DNA of 64,000 bases, taken from an uncultured delta proteobacterium (GTDB lineage: Bacteria > Myxococcota_A > Polyangia > Polyangiales > Polyangiaceae). The DNA is taken from the NCBI GenBank assembly GCA_963782055.1, contig CAWAIF010000003.1:1856001-1920000 (forward strand). The letters are read 5' to 3'. Shown piece after piece: positions 52,492-61,077 of this stretch (position 1 is the first letter of the stretch; each line of letters starts with the position of its first letter). The notes beneath the pieces were generated by a model. That model did not search any database, was not told the DNA's origin, and saw only the letters and a list, made by a program, of their open reading frames with translations. The position numbers were made by a program, and so were the translations under genes.

Positions 52492-53049
52492 CTACGCGGG
52501 AGCTGCCGGCAGCAACAAATCCTCGAGGAAGAACGCGGCGAGGTCGTGCCGCCCGGTGAGGCCTGCCTTCCTGTAGACGGCGCGCGCCTGCTGCCTCGCG
52601 GTCGCCTCGGTGATGGACCGCACCGCGGCAATCTCCTTGTGGCTGAGGCCTTTGAGGAGCAGCAGGGCCACCTCCTTCTCCGCGGGCGACAGCGCCCAGC
52701 GCTGGAACTGGCGATCGATCGCCGCCCCGAGGCCCTTCAGCAGCTCCTGCGCCTCCTCGCGCCAGTGGGTCGCCTCGCGCTCCGTCGCGTCCAGCCGCTC
52801 CGCGAGGGCCGCCGCCTGCCGTCGCGTCTCGCGCGCGTCGCGGACGCCGTGGATGAGCCGCCGTGCCATGACGACAGAGCCGGCGAGCCCCACGAGCACG
52901 ACGGCGCCCTCCGTGGCGACGTGTCCGACCGTCGTGCCCTCTCCGAGATCGGAGAGCAGGTCCACCGCCGCCAGGACGGCGACCCCGGCGAAGGCGGCCA
53001 GGATCATCGCCAGCAGGCCTCGCTCGGACGTGAGATCGCGGGCTTCCAA
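52492..53049 (-). CDS. Membrane-anchored LuxR-type HTH regulator
   Basis: Two N-terminal TMs (with HVATE), a coiled coil, and LSPAEKEVALLLLKGLSHKEIA...TARQQARAVYRK. Confidence 0.9.
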   Translation of the reverse strand: MEARDLTSERGLLAMILAAFAGVAVLAAVDLLSDLGEGTTVGHVATEGAVVLVGLAGSVVMARRLIHGVRDARETRRQAAALAERLDATEREATHWREEAQELLKGLGAAIDRQFQRWALSPAEKEVALLLLKGLSHKEIAAVRSITEATARQQARAVYRKAGLTGRHDLAAFFLEDLLLPAAPA

Positions 53050-53144
53050 CTGCGCGCAGCTCCTTGGATATCACGGATGGCGGATGGTGCAGGGCCCCTC
53101 CCGCCACCACGCTGACCCCGTCATCGAACCCGGAGGTCTTTATC

Positions 53145-53663
53145 ATGGACGCGCTGCTCTTTCACCCCAAGCTGGTTCACGTTCCCATCGCCCTCGCGGT
53201 GCTCATGCCGCTCGTCGCGGGCGGGCTGCTCGTCGCCTGGTGGCGGCGGTGGTTGCCGTGGCGCGGCTGGATGGTCGCGGTCGGACTGCAGACCCTGCTC
53301 GTCGGCTCGGGCATCCTCGCCCTCCGCACCGGCGACGCCCAGGGGGAGCGCGTCGAGAAGGTCGTGCCGGAGGCGGCGATCGAGCGCCACGAGGACGCCG
53401 CGGAGGCCTTCGTGTGGGCCAGCGGCGGCGTGCTCGGCCTGATGCTCGTGGCGAGCGGACTCGGCTCGCGGCGCGCAGGGCTCCCCCTGGCGGCGGCCGC
53501 CACCCTCGGGACGCTCGTCGTGACCGGCCTCGGTTACCGCACGGGCGAGGCCGGTGGGCGCCTCGTCTACCAGTACGGCGCGGCGCAGGCGTACGTCACC
53601 GGCGTCGCCGGCGGGGGCGCGACGCCCAGCAGCGTGGCGCCTGCCGCGCGCGACAACGACTGA
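53145..53663 (+). CDS. DUF2231-like membrane protein
   Basis: GGAGG RBS, HPKLVHVPIAL, TGD...IERHE, and TGEAGGRLVYQYG. Confidence 0.82.
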   Translation: MDALLFHPKLVHVPIALAVLMPLVAGGLLVAWWRRWLPWRGWMVAVGLQTLLVGSGILALRTGDAQGERVEKVVPEAAIERHEDAAEAFVWASGGVLGLMLVASGLGSRRAGLPLAAAATLGTLVVTGLGYRTGEAGGRLVYQYGAAQAYVTGVAGGGATPSSVAPAARDND

Positions 53664-53687
53664 TCAACCATCGCCCGGAGCATCATC

Positions 53688-54032
53688 ATGACCACAGAAG
53701 ACAGGTCCTCCCGCCGTGCCATGTTTCCCGTCGTCGCCGCCACCACCGCGATCACGCTCGCCGTCGGCGTCACGGTGGCCTCGCTCTCCGGCTACCTCGG
53801 CCCGCGCTCCACGCCGGCGATCTCCGGCGCGCTCCCGTCCGCCGCGGCCTCGGGTCCAGAGGCGCCGGTGGTGCTGGTTCCCGTCACCCGCAGCGCCGCG
53901 GAACCCCCGCCGGCGGCGCTGTCGCCGCGACGCGATCCGGAGCCGGTGTTCGCCGCGTGGGTCGAGCACGACGACGAAGAGGGCGAGCCCCGGACCCGCC
54001 ACGACCAGCGAGCGCGTCATGAAGACGACTGA
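53688..54032 (+). CDS. Small single-TM protein
   Basis: GGAG RBS, TM, Pro/Ala linker, and a His/Asp/Glu-rich tail (EHDDEEG...HEDD). Confidence 0.65.
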   Translation: MTTEDRSSRRAMFPVVAATTAITLAVGVTVASLSGYLGPRSTPAISGALPSAAASGPEAPVVLVPVTRSAAEPPPAALSPRRDPEPVFAAWVEHDDEEGEPRTRHDQRARHEDD

Positions 54033-54378
54033 AGGGGAGCGCCCCGCGCGCAGCCGCCCCGTGCTCGCGGGGGATCTCCGTCCGTCCGTGCTCGCGCTCC
54101 TGGCGACCGGCTACCTGATCGTCTTCTGGGCCCTCGCCGTGCGCGCGCCCCGCGCCGCCGCGTCGCCGGGGCTCTCGATGTCGCCGGCGCCCGTCGAGCC
54201 GGGGCGCACCACGGTCTGGTACGCGGACCTGCCGCCGCGTGAGCGCCCCGCGCTACGACTGCCGCCGGGCTGGAGCGTCGCAACAGCCAGCGACGCGGCG
54301 GCGGCGAGCGACGCGCGGCCGCGCATGGTGCGTGTCTCCCCCGCGCGCGCCGGGCGCGTGCGCACCCGGAGCTCGTGA
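54019..54378 (+). CDS. Small single-TM protein ending RVRTRSS
   Basis: ATG at 54019, TM VLALLATGYLIVFWAL, and a stop overlapping the apbE start (GTGATG). Confidence 0.7.
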   Translation: MKTTEGERPARSRPVLAGDLRPSVLALLATGYLIVFWALAVRAPRAAASPGLSMSPAPVEPGRTTVWYADLPPRERPALRLPPGWSVATASDAAAASDARPRMVRVSPARAGRVRTRSS

Positions 54379-55277
54379 TGTTCGCGTTTCGCGCCATGGG
54401 CACCGAGGTCACCGTGACCGCGCCGGGGCCGGAGGAGGCGGTCGTCGCCGCGCGGGTTCTCGGTACCTTCGAGGAGGCCGAGCGCCGCTTCAGCCGGTTC
54501 CGCGACGACAGCGAGCTTGCAGCGCTCAACCGTGAGAGCGGGCCGTTCGTCGCGTCCGAGCCGCTGTTCCGGGCGCTGACGCGCGCTCGCGTCTACGTCC
54601 GGATGACGGGTGGCATCTTCAATCCGGGCGTGGGTGGAGCGCTCGTCGCGCTGGGCTACGACCGGAGCTGCGCGCCGGGCGCGCTCGACCGCGCGAGCGA
54701 GCCGTCGCGCCCGCGCGAGGCGAGCCTGCTGGAGGTGACGCTCGAGCCGGCGACGCGCACCGTGCGCTGCCCCCCGCACGTGCAGCTCGACCTCGGCGGG
54801 ATGATCAAGGGCGCCACCGTGGACGCCGCCGCCGTGCATCTGCCGGGCGACGGCGCGATCGACGCGGGCGGCGATGCCGTGCTTCGAGGGCGTGGCCCGA
54901 CGGGAGAGCCGTGGTGGGTGGACGTCGAGGACCCCACCGACGCCTCGCGCACCCTCGCGACGCTGGCGGTGACCGACCGCGCCGTGGCGACGAGCGCGGC
55001 CAACCGGAGGCGCTGGCGTGCCGGGCCGCGGGTGGCCCATCACCTCATCGATCCCCGCACCGGCGCCTCCGCGGAGACGGACCTGCTGCAGGTGACGGTG
55101 CTCGCGCCGCACGCGGAGGTGGCCGACGTGCTGGCCAAGACCGCCTTCGTGCTCGGCGAGGAGAGGGGCCGGCGCTTCCTCGAGCGGTGGCCGGCCGTCG
55201 GAGCGGTGCTCGTGCTCCGAGACCGTGCGTTGCGCCTGGTCGGCGACGTGGACGTGCGGGAGGCTCGCCGTGGGTAG
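54375..55277 (+). CDS. apbE: FAD:protein FMN transferase
   Basis: FRAMGT, FSRFRDDSEL, LDLGGMIKG, DAGGD, VATS, HHLIDPRTG and ADVLAK. Confidence 0.93.
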   Translation: MMFAFRAMGTEVTVTAPGPEEAVVAARVLGTFEEAERRFSRFRDDSELAALNRESGPFVASEPLFRALTRARVYVRMTGGIFNPGVGGALVALGYDRSCAPGALDRASEPSRPREASLLEVTLEPATRTVRCPPHVQLDLGGMIKGATVDAAAVHLPGDGAIDAGGDAVLRGRGPTGEPWWVDVEDPTDASRTLATLAVTDRAVATSAANRRRWRAGPRVAHHLIDPRTGASAETDLLQVTVLAPHAEVADVLAKTAFVLGEERGRRFLERWPAVGAVLVLRDRALRLVGDVDVREARRG

Positions 55278-55923
55278 ACGCGTGCTCCTGGGCGTCTTGT
55301 GCGGCGCGGGACTGCTCCTCGTCCTGGACGCGATCGCCACACGCGCGGGGCTCGCTCCGGGCGCCATCCCGGAGCTGGGCGCGCCGGCGTGGATCACGTC
55401 CCGGGCGGCCGGCGTCACCGCCTTCCTCGCCCTCACGCTGGACGTCGTCTTCGGATTGTTCGTGTCGACGGGCGCCGCAGACCGATGGGTCGCCCGCGCT
55501 CGCAGCGTGGAGCTGCACCGCTGGCTGTCCGGCGCGTCGCTCGCGCTCGTCGGGGTGCACGCGCTCGCGCTGACCGCCGACAGGTTCGTGCGCCTGGACG
55601 TGCTCGACGCGGTCGTGCCATTCCTCTCCCCCTACAGACGCTTCGCGGTGGCCCTCGGGCTGCTCGCGGCGTACGCCGCCCTCCTCGTCCACCTCAGCTT
55701 CGGGTGGCGCCGCCGCCTCGGCGCGCGGGCGTGGCGCCGGCTCCACTACCTCTCCTTCCTCGTGTTCGCGGGGGCGCTCGCGCACGGCGTGCTCGCGGGC
55801 AGCGACTCGGGCCGTGACGGGATGCGCGCCGTCTACGTCGTGGCAGCGACCTTCGTGGCGGCGCTGGCTGGTTACAGGGTCGCGCGCGCCAGGCGCCCGA
55901 TGCATCGTGGCACGCGCGCGTAG
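55270..55923 (+). CDS. Ferric-reductase-like transmembrane (MsrQ-like) heme b protein
   Basis: WITSRAAG, LHRWL...GVH, and WRRLHYLSF...LAH (paired TM histidines). Confidence 0.88.
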   Translation: MGRRVLLGVLCGAGLLLVLDAIATRAGLAPGAIPELGAPAWITSRAAGVTAFLALTLDVVFGLFVSTGAADRWVARARSVELHRWLSGASLALVGVHALALTADRFVRLDVLDAVVPFLSPYRRFAVALGLLAAYAALLVHLSFGWRRRLGARAWRRLHYLSFLVFAGALAHGVLAGSDSGRDGMRAVYVVAATFVAALAGYRVARARRPMHRGTRA

Positions 55924-56113
55924 GATGCCCCTCCGGGCGCCATGCTCGGGCGCGTGCTCGCTCTCGCGCGTGCCGCCCGTGTGTGCATGATGCAAGGACT
56001 CCGGCACGCACGAGAGCTTGCGCGCGCGCCCTGCGCGTGGCGCCCCTCCCCCGGATGTCGCGCTCCGCGCGCCATCGGGGAGGCTGGTGCGCCGCACGCG
56101 GCGGACCTCGGCG
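55923..56113 (+). repeat. Left ~190-bp inverted repeat flanking the DUF559 gene
   Basis: First 39 nt match the reverse complement of 57041-57079 at 38 positions. Further shared blocks are gccctgcgcgtggcgcccctcccc, ggggaggctggt and gcggacctcggcg. Confidence 0.9.
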
Positions 56114-56272
56114 ACGCCCTCCGGCTGTCGGACTGGACGGGCCGCGGTGCTGCTCATTTCCGGCGGTGAGCGCTGCACCTCGGCCCGGGGATGCGCGCGA
56201 GCGCCCGGGGCTAGGGTAGGGGAGGTGTCACCATCGCAGCCGGCGTCGGCCAGGTTCCCCAACGTGGTCGCT

Positions 56273-56714
56273 TCACCGCCCGAGCGCCGCGCGCACCCGG
56301 GCGAGCGCGGCGCCCACGTCTCGCTCGACGAGCTCCGCCGCCACCCGCACCACCCGGTACCCTAGCTTCTCCAGCACCCGCTGCCGCGCCGCATCCGCCG
56401 CCGCCCGCTCCGGCTCCCGGTGCACCCCCCCGTCCACCTCCACAATCAGCCGCTCGCTCAGCGCCACGAAGTCCACGATGTAGCTGCCCCCCAGCACGTG
56501 CTGCCGCCTGAATTCGAGGCTGAGCCCTCGGCTCGGCCGAAGAACGAGACCGACCGAGGCCGCAGGCCGAGGGAAGGTCATGCAACTTCACCCCGCAAAG
56601 CCGCCGCCCCTTGAGCGCCCGCCACATCATCTCTTCCGACCGCGTCGGCTCCCGGCGCATCGAGCGCGCGTACGTGTGAAGGAGAAAGAGCGAGGGGGCT
56701 TCGTGCGGTGCCAT
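56273..56714 (-). pseudogene. DUF559 / Vsr-like endonuclease interrupted by a 73-bp insertion
   Basis: ARSMRREPTRSEEMMWRALKGRRLCGVK, insertion, then FRRQHVLGGSYIVDF...LIVEVDGGVH...DAARQRVLEKLGYRVVR in a shifted frame. Confidence 0.88.
56511..56583. mobile_element. 73-bp palindromic MITE/REP-like insertion
   Basis: Splits the Phe codon of GVK-FRRQ. Flanked by TT (minus strand), with internal stem ccctcggc/gccgaggg. Confidence 0.7.
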
Positions 56715-56830
56715 GCCCTCCCATGGCGGAAGAAGCATGACGGCCGCAGTGCCGCATCCCCCGAGCCCACCCTGAAGGCCGGCGGGCTTCTTCCGCCCGC
56801 CCGGCGTGGCACCGCACGAAGCCCCCTCGC
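56690..56830. repeat. Long fold-back covering the DUF559 start region
   Basis: Perfect 24-bp IR (56690-56713 / 56807-56830) and nested perfect 12-bp IR (56725-56736 / 56786-56797). Confidence 0.9.
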
Positions 56831-56886
56831 GCGACGCCACCCACGCTCCTCGAATCGGAGGGAGGGCCTGTCCCCCTCGTCCCCCA

Positions 56887-57079
56887 CGCCGAGGTCCGCC
56901 CCGCGCAGCCGACCAGCCTCCCCAAATGGCGCGCTCTGCGCGCCATTTGAGGGGAGGGGCGCCACGCGCAGGGCTCGCGCGCAAGCCCGCGTGCAGGCCC
57001 ACCGCGCTGCCCCCGCTCCTCACCGTGGGCCTGCGCGCGGGCGAGCACGAGCCCGAGCATGGCGCCCGGAGGGGCATCC
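56887..57079 (-). repeat. Right ~190-bp inverted repeat flanking the DUF559 gene
   Basis: Reverse complement aligns end to end with 55923-56113, with a divergent middle section. Confidence 0.9.
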
Positions 57080-57094
57080 CCCCTCTTCTCCCCC

Positions 57095-59884
57095 TCACTC
57101 CCCCCAGTCCCGCGCCTCCAGCCGCTCCTCCATCTTCTCCCGCGTCCTCGGCCCGAGCACATCCAGCTGCTGCCCCCGCAGCGCGCGCGTCACCTGCGCG
57201 TCCAGCCCCGGCTGCTCGTCCTCGTGCGAGAAGTCCCACGACCGGCTCAGCTCCAGCTCCCCCTGCTTCGCCCCGCCGCACGTCAGCGGCCAGGTGCGCG
57301 GCGTGTACGTGTACGGCGTGTAGTCGGGCGTGGAGGTGAACATGTCGAACGGGATGGACGCGTTCGCCACGACGGCGTTCTGGTACGGCTTGCCGAGCAG
57401 GTGGGCGAAGGTCTTGTGCAGCCCCGCCATGTCGAAGTGCGTCTTGGAGACGTAGCCGCGCTTGACCCACGGAGACACGACGACGAAGGGCGTGCGGTGG
57501 CTGTCGATGTGCTCGCCGCCCTGCGAGGGATCGTCCTCGGTGATGAAGGCGACCGACGACTGCCAGATGGGGCTGTGGCTGAGCGCGTCGATGAACATGC
57601 CCGTCGCGTCGTCGTTGACCGCGATGTAGGTCTCCGGCGTCGTCTTGTTGTCGCTGAGGCCGAAGGTGTGGTCGTTGGGCAGCGTCATGTAGACGAAGGT
57701 GCCGAGGTTGCACGTCACGCGCAGTCGCGCGGCGACGTGGCAGGCCTTCTCGTCGTCGTTGTAGCCGATGTTCTGGAAGGGCCCGCCCGGGTAGAGGATG
57801 TCGATGGGCGGGTGGTCCGCCGGCGGGTTGGTCGGCGTGCCGACGATCTCCCCGAGCAGGTCGTAGGGGACGCCGTTGGCGCCCAGCCAGTCGAAGAGCG
57901 AGCCCTCGATGGGGCGGCTCACGTCGAAGAGGCCGCCGCCGGGGACCGTGCGCGCGCTGTGGCCCGCGCCGGAGATGGCCCAGGTGCGCTCGTTGAAGTC
58001 GTTGCTGCGGCCGTAGGTCGCCCAGACGTGACCCTGCGTCGAGTAGATCGCGTCGGTGTAGTAGTTGTCGCTCATCGTGAAGGTGCGCGCGAGGGCGCGC
58101 ATGTTGTGCCAGAGCGTGTCCATGAGCCCGGGGTCCTGCTTGAGGGTGTAGGCCGGGTCGCCCTCGACGCCGGGCATGTCCCCGAAGACGCCGTCGAAGC
58201 CCTTGTTCTCCCGCACCACCAGGAAGACGTGCTGGATGACCTTGGAGGGACCTTGCGTGTTGGTCGCCGGGACGGGGAAGTCGTCGGCGCCGCCCGGGCA
58301 CTGCACCGTCGGGTGCCCGGCGAGGTCGCCCACGTCCGCGAAGGTGCGGACGTCCTGCTCGCCGGTCGTCAGGTCCTGCGCGGTCGGCGGGGGGACGCGC
58401 TGGATGGAGCCGCGCATGCGGTCGCCGATGTCGCTGTCGCCCAGGTCGAAGTACAGCGGGCGCGGGCCGGTGCCGCGGCCGCGCATGTTGGCGACGACGA
58501 CCGAGCCGTCCGCCATGGCCACCACGCCCGACGGCCAGAAGCCCGCCGGGAGCATGCCCGCGGGGGTGAGGGTGGGCGGCGTGGTGCCGAGGTCCACGTC
58601 GAAGGCGCGCACCGCGTTGAGGCCGGAGAGGGTGGTGTAGAGGCGCTTGGCGGTCGGGTCGTAGGCGAGGGTGGTCGGCTCGCTGCCGTAGAGGGTGGCC
58701 GCGGCGTCCACCGGCACGCGCGTGGTGGCGCCGGAGGTGCGGTCCACCAGGGTCAGCGCGTCGCCCAGATCGCCGGCGACGATCATCCAGCGCGCGTCGA
58801 GGAAGGCGACGCCCTCCGGCGCCTTCTCGGTGTCGAAGGAGCGCTTCACGCTGGGCTGCGCGGGGTTGGACACGTCCACCTCGGCCACGCGCTTCTGGTC
58901 CCACATGGAGACGTAGGCGGTGGAGCTGGTGGCGTCGCTCGGGTCGAACCAGACGCCGAAGGTCTCCGCGCCCCCGAGGTCCGCCTGGCCGAGGAGCTGG
59001 CCGAAGGTCTGCGAGCCGGACGCGACGTCGTAGACGAGGAGCTGGTGATCGTTGACGCCGGTGACGACGAGGCGCTTGCCGTCGGCGGAGGCGGCGAGGC
59101 CGGCGACGTACCAGGTGCGCGGGTTGCCGTTGCCGTCGACGCTGCCCGGCAGGGCGATGCTGCGCGCGTCGTCGCGGGTGACCGCGCCGGTCTGCGTGTC
59201 CAGGGTGATGGCCTGCACCACGCCGTCGTCGGTCGCGACGTAGAGCAGGTCCGGCGGGACGAAGGCGACGGCGCTGTTGAGGGTCTCCTTGATGTCGAAC
59301 TTGACGTAGCCGAGCACCGGATCGCCCTGGCCGATCTTCGCCGGGTCGACGACGCGCACGGCGTGGGGGCCGTAGCCGGTGTCCACCGTCGCCACCCACG
59401 AGGTGCCCGGGATGGCCGCCAGCGCGGAGGTGAGGCCGCCGGTGAGGTCCGTCTCGGAGAAGACCCAGTCCGCGCCCGCGGGGTGGAGGCGCCGGCCGTC
59501 GGGGAGGATGGTGGTGCCGTTCTGGCCCTGCCCCGCGTAGAGGATCGCGTCCCCGCCCGGCGTCGTCGCGGTGCACTGTCCCGCGACCGGCGTCGGGTAG
59601 GTACCGTCCCAGTCGGGCGGGCAGGTGTCGTCGTGGGGGAGGGACTTCCACGCGCCCAGGCTGGGGCACGAGTACGGCGTGACCGACTCCGGGCAGTCGG
59701 TGATCGGGCAGGTGTACGCGCAGGACTTCGGTGGCCTGAGGAAGTCGCTGGGATCGCCGAGGTCCGGCGGCGGGGGCTGCTCCGGCGTGGAGCCGCATGA
59801 CGCGAGGACGGCGATCGTCAGCAGGGCGGCGGGGAGGGCGGCGAGGGCCCGGCCCGCCCGGACCGTGAGGGCGCGGCGCATCAC
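57095..59884 (-). CDS. YncE/YVTN beta-propeller + phosphoesterase (alkaline phosphatase superfamily) lipoprotein
   Basis: Lipobox LASC, propeller repeats, HVFLVVRENKGFDGVFGD, SDNYY, LPNDHT, EDD and HIDSHR. Confidence 0.9.
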   Translation of the reverse strand: MMRRALTVRAGRALAALPAALLTIAVLASCGSTPEQPPPPDLGDPSDFLRPPKSCAYTCPITDCPESVTPYSCPSLGAWKSLPHDDTCPPDWDGTYPTPVAGQCTATTPGGDAILYAGQGQNGTTILPDGRRLHPAGADWVFSETDLTGGLTSALAAIPGTSWVATVDTGYGPHAVRVVDPAKIGQGDPVLGYVKFDIKETLNSAVAFVPPDLLYVATDDGVVQAITLDTQTGAVTRDDARSIALPGSVDGNGNPRTWYVAGLAASADGKRLVVTGVNDHQLLVYDVASGSQTFGQLLGQADLGGAETFGVWFDPSDATSSTAYVSMWDQKRVAEVDVSNPAQPSVKRSFDTEKAPEGVAFLDARWMIVAGDLGDALTLVDRTSGATTRVPVDAAATLYGSEPTTLAYDPTAKRLYTTLSGLNAVRAFDVDLGTTPPTLTPAGMLPAGFWPSGVVAMADGSVVVANMRGRGTGPRPLYFDLGDSDIGDRMRGSIQRVPPPTAQDLTTGEQDVRTFADVGDLAGHPTVQCPGGADDFPVPATNTQGPSKVIQHVFLVVRENKGFDGVFGDMPGVEGDPAYTLKQDPGLMDTLWHNMRALARTFTMSDNYYTDAIYSTQGHVWATYGRSNDFNERTWAISGAGHSARTVPGGGLFDVSRPIEGSLFDWLGANGVPYDLLGEIVGTPTNPPADHPPIDILYPGGPFQNIGYNDDEKACHVAARLRVTCNLGTFVYMTLPNDHTFGLSDNKTTPETYIAVNDDATGMFIDALSHSPIWQSSVAFITEDDPSQGGEHIDSHRTPFVVVSPWVKRGYVSKTHFDMAGLHKTFAHLLGKPYQNAVVANASIPFDMFTSTPDYTPYTYTPRTWPLTCGGAKQGELELSRSWDFSHEDEQPGLDAQVTRALRGQQLDVLGPRTREKMEERLEARDWGE

Positions 59885-59978
59885 AAGACGCTACGAAGGT
59901 GCCGCACCGGCGGCAAGCGGCGGCTACCATGGGGGCGATGGAAGACACACGCCCGACACGCCGGACGGGGGACAGCCG

Positions 59979-61073
59979 ATGACGCTCGCGCGCGGGGACC
60001 GGGTGGCCCTGCTCACCTCTGGCGGCGACGCGCCCGGCATGAACGCGGCGCTTCGCGGCGCGGCGCGGGTGGGCGCGGAGCTGGGCCTGGAGGTGGTGGG
60101 GGTGGAGGACGGCTACGTGGGGCTGATGGAAGGGCGCCTCGTGCCGCTGGACCTCCACCCGCTGGACGACGCCGCCCGTCGCGGCGGCACGGTCCTCGGC
60201 ACGGCGCGCAGCAAGGTCTTCCCCACGCCGGAGGGGCGCGCCCGCGCCTGCGAGGTGATCGCGCGGGAGCGGCTGCGCGCCCTCGTCGTGGTGGGCGGCA
60301 ACGGATCGCTCGCCGGCGCGCGCACGCTGCTCGACGCGAAGACCCACGAGGGCGGCGCGCTGGCGGTGGCGGGGCTGCCGGCGTCCATCGACAACGACCT
60401 CGCGTGCACCTCGATGGCCATCGGCGTGGACACCGCGATGAACACCATCGTGGAGGCGTGCGATCGCATCCTGGACACCGCGAGCGCGCACCGCCGCACC
60501 TTCTTCGTGGAGGTGATGGGGCGGGACATGGGCTACCTGGCGATGACCGCCGGCATCGCCGCGGGGGCCGATGCGGTGCTGGTGCGCGAGACGGACGAGG
60601 AGGAGGGGGCGCTGGTCGACCGGGTCGTGCGCTCGATGCAGCGGGCGTATGCCGGGCCGTCGCCGCGGCGGCACCTGCTGGTCCTCAAGGCGGAGGGCGT
60701 GAAGATGGATGTGGCGCGACTCAAGGCGCTGGTGGACGCGCGCATCGCGAGCTCCCTCCCGGACGTGGACACGCGCGTGACGGTGCTCGGCCACGTGGTG
60801 CGCGGCGGGACACCCACCGCCTTCGACCGGCTGCTGGGCGCGCGCCTCGCCAACGTGGCGGTGCGCGAGCTCGCCCGCGGCAACAGCGGCTTCATGACCG
60901 GGTGGGTCGGCCCCGGCGTGGGCGGCGCGGCGAGCGAGGACGATCCCTACGTGGTGACCAGCCCCATCGGCGAGGTGCTCGCCGAGACGGAGCGCATGCA
61001 CCGCGGGGAGTCGCCCCTCTCGGCGTGGCGCAAGCGGATCTACGCCGAGGTGGAGACGATCCTGGATCGTTGA
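59979..61073 (+). CDS. pfkA: 6-phosphofructokinase (ATP-type)
   Basis: LTSGGDAPGMNAA, GGTVLGTARS, GGNGS, SIDND, EVMGR and TVLGHVVRGG. Confidence 0.93.
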   Translation: MTLARGDRVALLTSGGDAPGMNAALRGAARVGAELGLEVVGVEDGYVGLMEGRLVPLDLHPLDDAARRGGTVLGTARSKVFPTPEGRARACEVIARERLRALVVVGGNGSLAGARTLLDAKTHEGGALAVAGLPASIDNDLACTSMAIGVDTAMNTIVEACDRILDTASAHRRTFFVEVMGRDMGYLAMTAGIAAGADAVLVRETDEEEGALVDRVVRSMQRAYAGPSPRRHLLVLKAEGVKMDVARLKALVDARIASSLPDVDTRVTVLGHVVRGGTPTAFDRLLGARLANVAVRELARGNSGFMTGWVGPGVGGAASEDDPYVVTSPIGEVLAETERMHRGESPLSAWRKRIYAEVETILDR

Positions 61074-61077
61074 CGGG

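Noticed and set aside
56806..57339. Plus-strand ORF beginning MAPHEAPS, like the DUF559 N-terminus
   Set aside because: It is a by-product of the 24-bp inverted repeat, and the remainder is repeat or antisense sequence.
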